IMG/VR virus record: IMGVR_UViG_3300049215_000190
Origin: an uncultured virus (IMG/VR IMGVR_UViG_3300049215_000190)
Lineage: Duplodnaviria; Heunggongvirae; Uroviricota; Caudoviricetes
Length of the DNA: 64,000 nucleotides
Strand: one strand, 5' to 3'
Both the position numbers and the translations under genes were made by a program. A model generated the notes under the pieces. The model did no database searches. It saw only the letters and a list, made by a program, of their open reading frames with translations, and was not told where the DNA came from. This document shows, piece after piece, positions 1 to 8,041 of the stretch (its first letter is position 1; every line of letters starts with the position of its first letter).

Positions 1-102
1 GCGAACAATGGAATTTGGACAAATAACCCGAGCACCGGAAGCGCGTGGATAACAACAAATTTTGGAACCGGGTTTAATATCGGAATTGAGAGCACGACGT
101 AA
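1..102 (+). CDS. 3' fragment of a virion/tail protein, probably the end of the ORF starting at 63643
   Basis: Frame 1 reads ANNGIWTNNPSTGSAWITTNFGTGFNIGIESTT*, resembling the C-terminus of 61509..63080 (DTDPNTSVSWT...NGISVAS). Confidence 0.6.
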   Translation, partial: ANNGIWTNNPSTGSAWITTNFGTGFNIGIESTT

Positions 103-107
103 ATCTA

Positions 108-1451
108 ATGTCCGAAAGTATCTCAAAACTTGTAAGCTATGTTGCCTTAGTTAGCCAAACAGAAGATACGTCAAAACTTGTAAGCTATGTTGCTTTAGCT
201 GGCCAAACAGAAGATACGTCAAAACTTGTAAGCTATGTTGCCTTGGCGCCGATTGCCGCCAATATGTCAAAAACTTTGGCATATGTTGTGTTGCAGCCTT
301 TTGTTGCTAGTGCGACTTTTCCTAGTTTGCCGCCGATTGAGGCTTGGGAACGCCGACAGATCGTTCAAACAAATCTTCCGTTACGTGCGCCAGTTATGCG
401 CAAATGGTATGGATTGCCGCCAAATCCGTCATTCGGAAATGATAGTAACGCTACATTTGACAACTTTTCTATTTATAATCCACAAAATATTCCAGCGGAC
501 ACTGCGGTTAGTTCGGACTTATATGTTGATAGTGCAAACTTTACATACGCGCTAAGTGATACTATACAGGTGCTGGACGGTTTTGTCTATCCTACTCTTG
601 TATTTGACCGAGTTTCAAGACAAGTTTTGATTGCTAATTCGGCAAATACGTCAGTCAAGGTTGCCTTTGGTAAGGTAGCTAGAACAAGTTTGATATCGGG
701 CGGCCAAACCAGCTCGGTCAATGTTAGATTTGCTGGTATAGCTCGACGCGTTTTGTGTTCAATTATACCGTCTGCGGGAACTAACCCGGGCGGAACTATA
801 AATGCGCTAAATACTTACGGTGCTATTCCCGTATTTCCGGCATTACCCGAAAACTATCCGATTAAGTTTAGCCCAGTTATGGATACGATTATAGGCACAA
901 CAAAATCGCTCCGAGAAATGCGAGTGCCATTACAAACGTATCCGATTTGGGATATTGAAATTATGTTTGACCAACTAAAAGATCAAACACAAAACCAAAC
1001 ACCATATGGACCGTTCACGGGCTATCAACAGTATATGGACCTCGTGCAGCTTTGGCTTATGATGTATGGCCAGACGAATGTGTTTGCCTTTACTTGTCCG
1101 TGGGACTATTCTAGGGCAAACCAAGCGCTAGGAACCGGCGATGGAATAACGCTTGGCTTTACTGCATTTCGGACTTGGGGCTCAGGCGCTCAAGCCACAG
1201 CAGCGCCGGTCGGGGCAATTAATAATGTAATCAATGTTTTTGTGAACGGGACTGCGATTTCGGCAACAACATACAGTGTTCAGCGCAATCAAATTGTGTT
1301 TAACAATCCGCCGGCCGCCGGAGCCGTATTGACCATATCGTTTACTTATTATTACTTGTGCCGATTTGTGGAAGACGAACAGGATTATGAAGAATTTAGC
1401 AAAAATCGCTGGGCCGTAAAGTCACTCAAGTTTAGGGCAAGCACATGGTAG
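108..1451 (+). CDS. DUF2460-like distal tail protein with N-terminal extension
   Basis: C-terminal half has DUF2460-like motifs (LGTGDG...F; FTYYYLCRF..D); lies upstream of DUF2163/NlpC/tail tip. Confidence 0.7.
   Translation: MSESISKLVSYVALVSQTEDTSKLVSYVALAGQTEDTSKLVSYVALAPIAANMSKTLAYVVLQPFVASATFPSLPPIEAWERRQIVQTNLPLRAPVMRKWYGLPPNPSFGNDSNATFDNFSIYNPQNIPADTAVSSDLYVDSANFTYALSDTIQVLDGFVYPTLVFDRVSRQVLIANSANTSVKVAFGKVARTSLISGGQTSSVNVRFAGIARRVLCSIIPSAGTNPGGTINALNTYGAIPVFPALPENYPIKFSPVMDTIIGTTKSLREMRVPLQTYPIWDIEIMFDQLKDQTQNQTPYGPFTGYQQYMDLVQLWLMMYGQTNVFAFTCPWDYSRANQALGTGDGITLGFTAFRTWGSGAQATAAPVGAINNVINVFVNGTAISATTYSVQRNQIVFNNPPAAGAVLTISFTYYYLCRFVEDEQDYEEFSKNRWAVKSLKFRASTW
123..245 (+). repeat. 48-bp coding tandem repeat, about 2.6 copies (SKLVSYVALxxQTEDT)
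   Basis: tcaaaacttgtaagctatgttgc starts at 123, 171 and 219; degenerate fourth copy near 267. Confidence 0.95.
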
Positions 1452-1487
1452 AGATATACAAAAGGGTCTGCCTTGCCCATATCTCTA
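1449..1487. repeat. 39-bp dispersed palindrome, copy 1
   Basis: TAGAGATAT ACAA AAGGG TCT GCCTT GCCC ATATCTCTA; first TAG is the stop of 108..1451. Confidence 0.95.
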
Positions 1488-1500
1488 AAGTGAAACCGCT

Positions 1501-2181
1501 ATGAGCTTTATACAGTTTCCGACAACTACACCAGTGTTTCCAGCGTTGCCGAGCCAAGGATGGAGCACGTTCAAAAAGCCCATTATGGCGAGTAGGGTAA
1601 CGATAGGAACAACAGGACGAGAAAATCAGCTTGCATGTGCTGCGTATCCTAGGTGGGCCTTTACACTCACGTTTAACCAAGATAGTTATTTGCGCGATCA
1701 AACGCAAAATATAATTATAGACCCAGAGCAAGCGGGGTTTACCGAGTTCACTCAGCTTTCTGGTTTGTTCTTACGGTGTCTCGGCTCTTACGGCGAGTTT
1801 TACTACAGCGATCCTGATGATAATTCACGTCTTGGGCAATTTGTTGCACAAACCGCGAGCGGTGTTACAGCACCGACATATCAAATGACGTATGAATGGG
1901 GCAATGGACCATTTACGCCGCCATTGCGTATTCCCGTGGGCGGCATACAGTCTATCCAAAATGTTTATTTTAATGGAACTGTTGTCAGCCCGACGCAATA
2001 TACGTTGGACGCCACGAATACGAAACTTGTATTTGTCTCGGTGCCAAATAATACGCTCGTGACAGCGGATTTTACTTTTTATTTCCGTTGTAGGTTTTTG
2101 GACGACTCGCTAGAATTTGCTCAAATGCTACAAAACTGGTGGCAGGTGAAAGAATTACGGTTTGAAAGTGTAAAACCTTAA
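1501..2181 (+). CDS. DUF2460-family distal tail protein
   Basis: GWS..K.P.....T....GRE, YPRW.F.L, TADFTFYFRCRF.DD motifs; paralog of the preceding gene. Confidence 0.8.
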   Translation: MSFIQFPTTTPVFPALPSQGWSTFKKPIMASRVTIGTTGRENQLACAAYPRWAFTLTFNQDSYLRDQTQNIIIDPEQAGFTEFTQLSGLFLRCLGSYGEFYYSDPDDNSRLGQFVAQTASGVTAPTYQMTYEWGNGPFTPPLRIPVGGIQSIQNVYFNGTVVSPTQYTLDATNTKLVFVSVPNNTLVTADFTFYFRCRFLDDSLEFAQMLQNWWQVKELRFESVKP

Positions 2182-2192
2182 AGGAACAACCG

Positions 2193-3116
2193 ATGACGCA
2201 AATAACCGGACAACAAAATCTTAAAGTATCCTATCAGTTTGTAAATTGGTTGCTTGCAACAAACCGCGGCATCTTGGGGCACTTGTATCAGTTTACATCG
2301 GTAAATGGTGCGCAAGATTATTTTACCGATTTGGACGTTGATATCAACTACGCAGGGCAGACATGGAAAAGCAATTCTCTCAGGTTTGAGGGTTTGGCGC
2401 GCAAAGTTGCGATTGGCACGAGTGTTGACAGCCAAAACCTAAAGATTTGGGCCAGTCCTACGGACACATTGTGGGGCTCAGCTTTTCTCGAAGGCGCAGA
2501 GCAAGGTTTGATGGACGGCGCGGTGGTAGTGCGCTATCGCATTATTTGGCCTATGGTGACGGGAAATGTTGCGCAAGACGTGCAGGCTACGCCTATTGCG
2601 TTTTTTCCGTTGTTTACCGGTTACATCGGCCAGATTGAAAAGGGCGGCATGAGCCATGTGGAAGTAAAGGTGCAAAGCGCGTTAAGTAGGCTTAATGTAA
2701 ATATGCCGAGAAACTATTGGCAGCCAGGTTGCGGGTGGACCCTGTATAGTTCCCAATGCACGTTGTCGCAAGCTGCGTACGCAATCAATGGAACTATAAC
2801 AAATGTATTGAGTCCGACACAGATAGCAGTAACACCGGCGTTAGTGGAGTTTGGCGGCGACGGAAATCCAAATCTAGCTCAAGGCAGGCTTTTGTTTACA
2901 TCTGGCGTTAATACAAATTTTTTAACCTTGATTGATACAAACGATGCGAATTATATCTATCTCGCATACGCTTTGAACGATATGCCTAGCATTGGCGACA
3001 CCGTGACGTTCTACCCAGGGTGCGCTAAAACATATGCGACTTGTCAGAACAAGTTCGGCAATCAAGCAAACTTTCGTGGCTTTGACAAGGTGCCGCCGAT
3101 TATGGTATCGGTCTAA
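2193..3116 (+). CDS. DUF2163/BR0599-like tail hub protein
   Basis: C-terminal PGCAKTYATCQNKFGN.ANFRGF motif; C.W.LY...C. Confidence 0.85.
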   Translation: MTQITGQQNLKVSYQFVNWLLATNRGILGHLYQFTSVNGAQDYFTDLDVDINYAGQTWKSNSLRFEGLARKVAIGTSVDSQNLKIWASPTDTLWGSAFLEGAEQGLMDGAVVVRYRIIWPMVTGNVAQDVQATPIAFFPLFTGYIGQIEKGGMSHVEVKVQSALSRLNVNMPRNYWQPGCGWTLYSSQCTLSQAAYAINGTITNVLSPTQIAVTPALVEFGGDGNPNLAQGRLLFTSGVNTNFLTLIDTNDANYIYLAYALNDMPSIGDTVTFYPGCAKTYATCQNKFGNQANFRGFDKVPPIMVSV

Positions 3117-3592
3117 TGATTTTGCAAAACGAATATAGGCAAAAACTTGTGATCGAAGCAAAATCGTGGATTGGAACGCCGTATATAAGTAATGGGTTGG
3201 TAAAAGGTCGGCGAGGCGGAACTGATTGCGCTATGTTGCTTGTGGGGATTTATCAAAACGTCGGTTTGGTGGATAAAAGTTTTGATCCTAGGCCGTATCC
3301 CGCCCAGTGGCACTTGCACCAAAATGCCGAAAAATACCTAGAACATATGTTGTTTTTTGCTCACGAAGTGCCGGGGCCGGAAAGTAGAGCACCGTTGCCC
3401 GGCGATATCGTTTTGTTTAAACTCGGACGGGTTTACTCCCATGGGGGCATAATAACCGTTTGGCCCGAGATTATACACGCAGTTGGCGGTGATAGGGTTT
3501 TAACTTGCGATTTGCCGAAACAGTTTAGCGGTAAACGGGCTTTGTGGAATTTGCCTAAGAGATTTTTCTCTTATTGGCCCGAGGAACAGTAA
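3116..3592 (+). CDS. NlpC/P60 tail-associated peptidase
   Basis: A.SWIGTPY, G.DC, PGDIVLF, SHGGI, IIHA motifs. Confidence 0.9.
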   Translation: MILQNEYRQKLVIEAKSWIGTPYISNGLVKGRRGGTDCAMLLVGIYQNVGLVDKSFDPRPYPAQWHLHQNAEKYLEHMLFFAHEVPGPESRAPLPGDIVLFKLGRVYSHGGIITVWPEIIHAVGGDRVLTCDLPKQFSGKRALWNLPKRFFSYWPEEQ

Positions 3593-3595
3593 ACC

Positions 3596-5863
3596 ATGGC
3601 GGGATTGTTTGGAGGCGCACCGAAAGTAATTCCCGAATTTACGGGATTGCAAGTAAACACGTCTGTTCAGGTTTTGCCTATTCCGATTGTTTACGGTTCG
3701 CCTCGGATCAGTATAAATTTGATCTACTATAACGGGTTTTATTCAAAACAACAAAAACAAAGCGGAAAAGGGATACTTTCCGGCGGCAAAGGCGGCGGCG
3801 GACAGATTGAATATTATGCCACTATTGTGCTGGGTATATGTGAGGGTCCAGTCGGCCCGCCGGTGGTGATATACCAAGATCAAGAAGTCTGGACGCCTGC
3901 GACATATCCGACAAACGACGGGCAATCTTATTTTAACGGAACAAGCAATCAAGCGCCGTGGAGTTACGTAGAAGAAACATGGCCAAATGATGCAAGGCCG
4001 TATAAATACACGGCATATTATGCTTTTCCGAACGCGCAACTTGATAGCTCAGGCACAGTGCCGCAAATCGACCTTGTAATTCAGGGGTTTTTCCAAGGCT
4101 CAAGTCCGTTAAACAATTCGGTTCTTACAATTACCTCGGGCCAATATGATCAAAATGGTAATCCATTGTCGTTTATCGGTAACATAGAACTGGGTGATGC
4201 TGATGCCGATCCGGCCGAAGTTATATATGACTTTTTAACCAACGCAAACTATGGTGCGAATTTTCCGCCTCAGTATATTGATGAAATTTCGCTATTCACG
4301 TCAGCCACAGGATATATTGCCGGTGTGGGCGATCCGGCCTTATCGACGTTTTGCCAGGCAGTCGGACTTGCATGGAGTGTTTGCGTAAACAATGCGTCTA
4401 GCGCAAACAGCATGTTGGATAAATGGTGCAAAAACTTAAATACGGCAATAGTTTGGACGGGTTCCTTGCTTCGGTTTATTCCATATTGGGACGCTTACGC
4501 CGACGGTAATCCAGGCTATGACACTAGCAGCGGAATGCCTCTAAAGTATTTTACGCCTTATACAAAGCCTATTGTTGCTATACCGATGAGTCAGATATTA
4601 CAAAGTCAAAATAAAGAAGATGATCCGATAACATATTCTCGCAAAGACCCGTGGGAGGTTTATAATACCGTAAGACTTGAGTTTAAGGATCGGACAAACT
4701 TTTTTAATTCAAACCCGGTGGAGGTAAAAGACGAAGCGCTAATTGAACTCTACGGACCGAGGGTGGATAATATCGGTGACGGTGACGAATTTAGTTTGCA
4801 AACTTACGCGAATGTCAGCGCACAGATGCAACTTCGGCGTAATGTGGCAATTCGTCGAACTTTTACATGGAAACTTGGGCCGCTGTGGGCTTGGCTTGAT
4901 CCGATGGATATTGTAGAAATACCCGATCCGGCAAACACGGCAAATACAGTTCTGGTAAGAATAACGTCAGTTGAAGATGACGAAGATGAAAATGTCACTT
5001 GTCAGGCCGAAGAATATCCCATCGGTTCGCAGTCGCCTAGTATTATACCGATGTCGCCAACCACTCCGCCGAACCAAGGCGTGACTAATAGTCCGCCGAG
5101 CCCAATCTATCCGCCAGTGGTTTTTGCCACGCCAACGGCAATGTATCAGGCTCAAGGTTTCAGTTCGCCTCAGTGGATATTTGGTTGCTCAGCGGGATAC
5201 GATGACATACTTGATCCAAATTGGGGTGGATGTTACGTTTGGGTAAGTTTGGACAACGTAACGTATGAGTTGCTTGGCACGTTGCAAAATCCGTCAACAG
5301 TCGGCGCACTGTCGCAAGCTTTGGCAAGCTATGGTGGAATAAACCCTGATAATGCCGATACGCTGTATGTTAATTTGACCGAAAGTGATGGTAATCTTTC
5401 GTCTGTTACAACAACCGTTGCGGCAGCTTTTGTTGGTTCGCTTTGTGTGATTACAGACGTTAGCGGATTTGAACTCATATCTTACACAACCGCGACACTT
5501 GTGGGCAACGGAGTTTACGCTCTCACGGGCCTATATCGCGGATTGTATGGCACTACGCCGAGGTTTTTTGGCGCGGGCAGTCAGTTTATGCTTGTGTCTT
5601 CCAGCGCAAACTATCTCGAAGTCCCGGTGCAAAGCGCCTACGTTGGACAAAACTTTTATATCAAAGCACAAAGTTTTAACGTATTTAATTCTAACCCCGA
5701 AGAACTATCAACCTGCCAAGCCTATAGGTATCTACTAACCGGTTCTACACCGCAACCACCAATTCCGCCGCCTACGTCAATACCGCCAGGCATTGCTAGG
5801 CGAAAACCCACAAATGTTCCGACAAATAAAGTAGGAAGATTGCCACGAACTCGTCTAAGGTAA
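3596..5863 (+). CDS. tail tip / host-specificity protein (GTA-type)
   Basis: PIPIVYG, LGICEGP, DPA..IYDFLTN..YG, L.GLYRGLYGT motifs; synteny. Confidence 0.85.
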   Translation: MAGLFGGAPKVIPEFTGLQVNTSVQVLPIPIVYGSPRISINLIYYNGFYSKQQKQSGKGILSGGKGGGGQIEYYATIVLGICEGPVGPPVVIYQDQEVWTPATYPTNDGQSYFNGTSNQAPWSYVEETWPNDARPYKYTAYYAFPNAQLDSSGTVPQIDLVIQGFFQGSSPLNNSVLTITSGQYDQNGNPLSFIGNIELGDADADPAEVIYDFLTNANYGANFPPQYIDEISLFTSATGYIAGVGDPALSTFCQAVGLAWSVCVNNASSANSMLDKWCKNLNTAIVWTGSLLRFIPYWDAYADGNPGYDTSSGMPLKYFTPYTKPIVAIPMSQILQSQNKEDDPITYSRKDPWEVYNTVRLEFKDRTNFFNSNPVEVKDEALIELYGPRVDNIGDGDEFSLQTYANVSAQMQLRRNVAIRRTFTWKLGPLWAWLDPMDIVEIPDPANTANTVLVRITSVEDDEDENVTCQAEEYPIGSQSPSIIPMSPTTPPNQGVTNSPPSPIYPPVVFATPTAMYQAQGFSSPQWIFGCSAGYDDILDPNWGGCYVWVSLDNVTYELLGTLQNPSTVGALSQALASYGGINPDNADTLYVNLTESDGNLSSVTTTVAAAFVGSLCVITDVSGFELISYTTATLVGNGVYALTGLYRGLYGTTPRFFGAGSQFMLVSSSANYLEVPVQSAYVGQNFYIKAQSFNVFNSNPEELSTCQAYRYLLTGSTPQPPIPPPTSIPPGIARRKPTNVPTNKVGRLPRTRLR

Positions 5864-5871
5864 AATAGAAA

Positions 5872-6222
5872 ATGGAGCCTAAACCCGATGGATTTGTAGA
5901 TACCGTTCAATGGGCTATCACAACTGGACTTGGGTTGCTCGGTGGTGTTTTTATCTTTGTTATGCGAGGCATATACAGGGAGTTAGACAAACTGAAAGCT
6001 CAACAAGATGAAAATGCCAGAGAAGCCGGGAGCGATACAATAAAAGGCGATAGCGAACTTTGGCAAGCCGTAAAAGAGCTTCAAAGAGCGTTAGATGAAG
6101 ATAGGAAAGATGCTAGTCTTGATCGCCAAAAAATTGCTAGTATGATGGCTACAAAAGACGAGATGAAAAAACAACTGGATCTTTTGTTTGATCGGTTAGT
6201 CAGACGCTTAGACAAGGAGTAG
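5872..6222 (+). CDS. membrane-anchored coiled-coil protein of the lysis cassette
   Basis: One N-terminal hydrophobic helix then charged coiled coil; directly before the endolysin. Confidence 0.5.
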   Translation: MEPKPDGFVDTVQWAITTGLGLLGGVFIFVMRGIYRELDKLKAQQDENAREAGSDTIKGDSELWQAVKELQRALDEDRKDASLDRQKIASMMATKDEMKKQLDLLFDRLVRRLDKE

Positions 6223-6226
6223 AACA

Positions 6227-6757
6227 GTGGATGTAAATTTTCCGAAGTTTATAGCCCTAGTTTGGCCAAATAATGGCGATTTCGATAGTCCCCTGACGGG
6301 CTATAGTGTGACGCCCGGCGATCCCGGCGGCGGCACAAAAGGGGGCGTGATAGAAGCCACATGGGCTACATACGTGGCCCGAGGGCTTGTTTCAGGTCAG
6401 TTAAGAGACGCAACCAATGCCCAGCTTCAAACTGTGCTCAAAGCGGCTGCTTGGGGCGCAAGCGGGAGCGTTTTGCCTTCAGGGCTCGATATCATGGTGG
6501 CCAATGGCAAGATGATGACAGGTATGTATCAAGCCATTGTGGAACAATGCATCGGCCAGACTGGAACGGCGGTAAACAATTTTATAGGCCCGAATGATTT
6601 AAAGGTCATAGCTACCGTTGATCCTAAAAGCCTCATATTGGCACTTCACGGAAACCACTATCGGTATTTGTCGGGACTTTCAACTTGGGCCGAGTTTGGT
6701 AATGGTTGGCTTCGGCGCTTGGAGGCTGCGCGGGATGCCGCACTGGCGGCGGTATGA
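6227..6757 (+). CDS. endolysin, glycoside hydrolase 108-like
   Basis: DPGGGTKGGV and C-terminal FGNGWLRRL motifs. Confidence 0.8.
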   Translation: MDVNFPKFIALVWPNNGDFDSPLTGYSVTPGDPGGGTKGGVIEATWATYVARGLVSGQLRDATNAQLQTVLKAAAWGASGSVLPSGLDIMVANGKMMTGMYQAIVEQCIGQTGTAVNNFIGPNDLKVIATVDPKSLILALHGNHYRYLSGLSTWAEFGNGWLRRLEAARDAALAAV

Positions 6758-7116
6758 AGCGGTTAATTGGGCTTGCTTTTATTTTAGCTATGTGTTCGGC
6801 CAATGCACCGGAGCCGGGCTCCGAAGACGCTGATATCATGCGCGGTTATGAGAATTGGATATTGAGGCAAAAGACGCCGGATGGTAAGAGTATTTGTTGC
6901 GACGTAAGTGACGGAAGACCCGTGTGGGCCAGAATAAAAAACGGTCATTGGGAAGCCTATGTGACGCGCGAAAAGTGGCACGATTTAAAAGGCCCCGAGG
7001 GTTGGCGCAAAGTTCCCGATGAATTAGTTGTCCATGAAGATAATCCGATTGGTTGGCCGATCCTATGGGTATTCCAAGGGGAAATCCGGTGTTTTAGAAC
7101 GCCAACCATGTCGTGA
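6754..7116 (+). CDS. exported Cys-containing hypothetical protein
   Basis: ATG overlaps the endolysin stop (ATGA); signal-peptide-like N-terminus; SICCD and C-terminal CF. Confidence 0.6.
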   Translation: MKRLIGLAFILAMCSANAPEPGSEDADIMRGYENWILRQKTPDGKSICCDVSDGRPVWARIKNGHWEAYVTREKWHDLKGPEGWRKVPDELVVHEDNPIGWPILWVFQGEIRCFRTPTMS

Positions 7117-7164
7117 GTTCCGCGCCGGACGGTATCCGGCAAATGCAAACGAAAGGTAAAAATC

Positions 7165-7389
7165 ATGTCTGGGACAAATAATACAGTTTCGTCTACGTCT
7201 GCCGAAAAACCCACGCTGGGAACCAGCAACGTGTTTGGTTCGCCTGCGTCAACGTGGACTGGCGGCGCAGCGCTTTTGGCCGTGATCGCCAACGCTATGG
7301 CAAGTGGTTTGCCTACAACGCGGGCCGGTTGGATCAACTTCGGTTTGACTGTGATTATGGGCATCGGAGCCATTTTCTCGAAAGGATAA
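7165..7389 (+). CDS. putative holin
   Basis: 74 aa with two hydrophobic segments, in the lysis cassette. Confidence 0.55.
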   Translation: MSGTNNTVSSTSAEKPTLGTSNVFGSPASTWTGGAALLAVIANAMASGLPTTRAGWINFGLTVIMGIGAIFSKG

Positions 7390-7392
7390 AAC

Positions 7393-7752
7393 ATGCGTAA
7401 GTATCTATGGAGTTTGACCGTTATCTGTTTTTTGTCTCTGTGCTTAGTTGCTTGCTCGGCTACACAGCAGGCAACGACAGTGGCGGCAAGTGGGACGGCA
7501 CTAGCGGCGGCAGACACACTGGCTATGCAGTATGTTACGTTACCCCTGTGTCCGGGCAGCGCTGCGGTATCGCCTTCGGGGACTTTATGTTCTCAGGCGA
7601 TCATCAGCGCGAAGATCAAAAACGCGGCGGCACAGGCTTATACGGCCTATAAGGCGTATGAAGCCAATCCGAGTGACGCGCTAAATACTGCGGCAGTGCA
7701 AGCTGTCACGGAACTTTTGGCACTCATTCCCACACCGAAGCCGACAAATTAA
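7393..7752 (+). CDS. lipoprotein, spanin candidate
   Basis: Signal peptide with LVAC lipobox; lysis cassette. Confidence 0.55.
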   Translation: MRKYLWSLTVICFLSLCLVACSATQQATTVAASGTALAAADTLAMQYVTLPLCPGSAAVSPSGTLCSQAIISAKIKNAAAQAYTAYKAYEANPSDALNTAAVQAVTELLALIPTPKPTN

Positions 7753-7763
7753 GGAAAACCAAT

Positions 7764-7967
7764 ATGTTGAATGTTACCTCAATCGTGTTGCAACTTGTTG
7801 GTATCGGCGTTGTTGTTGGCCCCGAACTTATTGCGGCGGCGCAAACCGAAATTGCGCTAGTGACCAGCAATACGGCACCGACGGCCGAACAACAGGCCAG
7901 TATTGATGCAGCGCTTGATGCAGCGAATGCGGCTTTGCAGGCGGCGGTGCCGAGTGGAAACGTCTAA
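7764..7967 (+). CDS. small Ala-rich hypothetical protein
   Basis: AAGGA RBS upstream; last gene before the terminator. Confidence 0.6.
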   Translation: MLNVTSIVLQLVGIGVVVGPELIAAAQTEIALVTSNTAPTAEQQASIDAALDAANAALQAAVPSGNV

Positions 7968-7989
7968 CCAAACCGTAGGCTAACAAGGA

Positions 7990-8024
7990 AGGCCCAAGGC
8001 GAAACAATGCCTTGGGCCTATTTT
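7990..8024. terminator. hairpin terminator between the convergent arms
   Basis: AGGCCCAAGGC-gaaacaat-GCCTTGGGCCT followed by ATTTT. Confidence 0.75.
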
Positions 8025-8041
8025 GTGCGAGTAACGCGCCG

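Noticed and set aside
123..245. Possible CRISPR array
   Set aside because: Contiguous in-frame 48-bp coding repeat with no unique spacers; no cas operon
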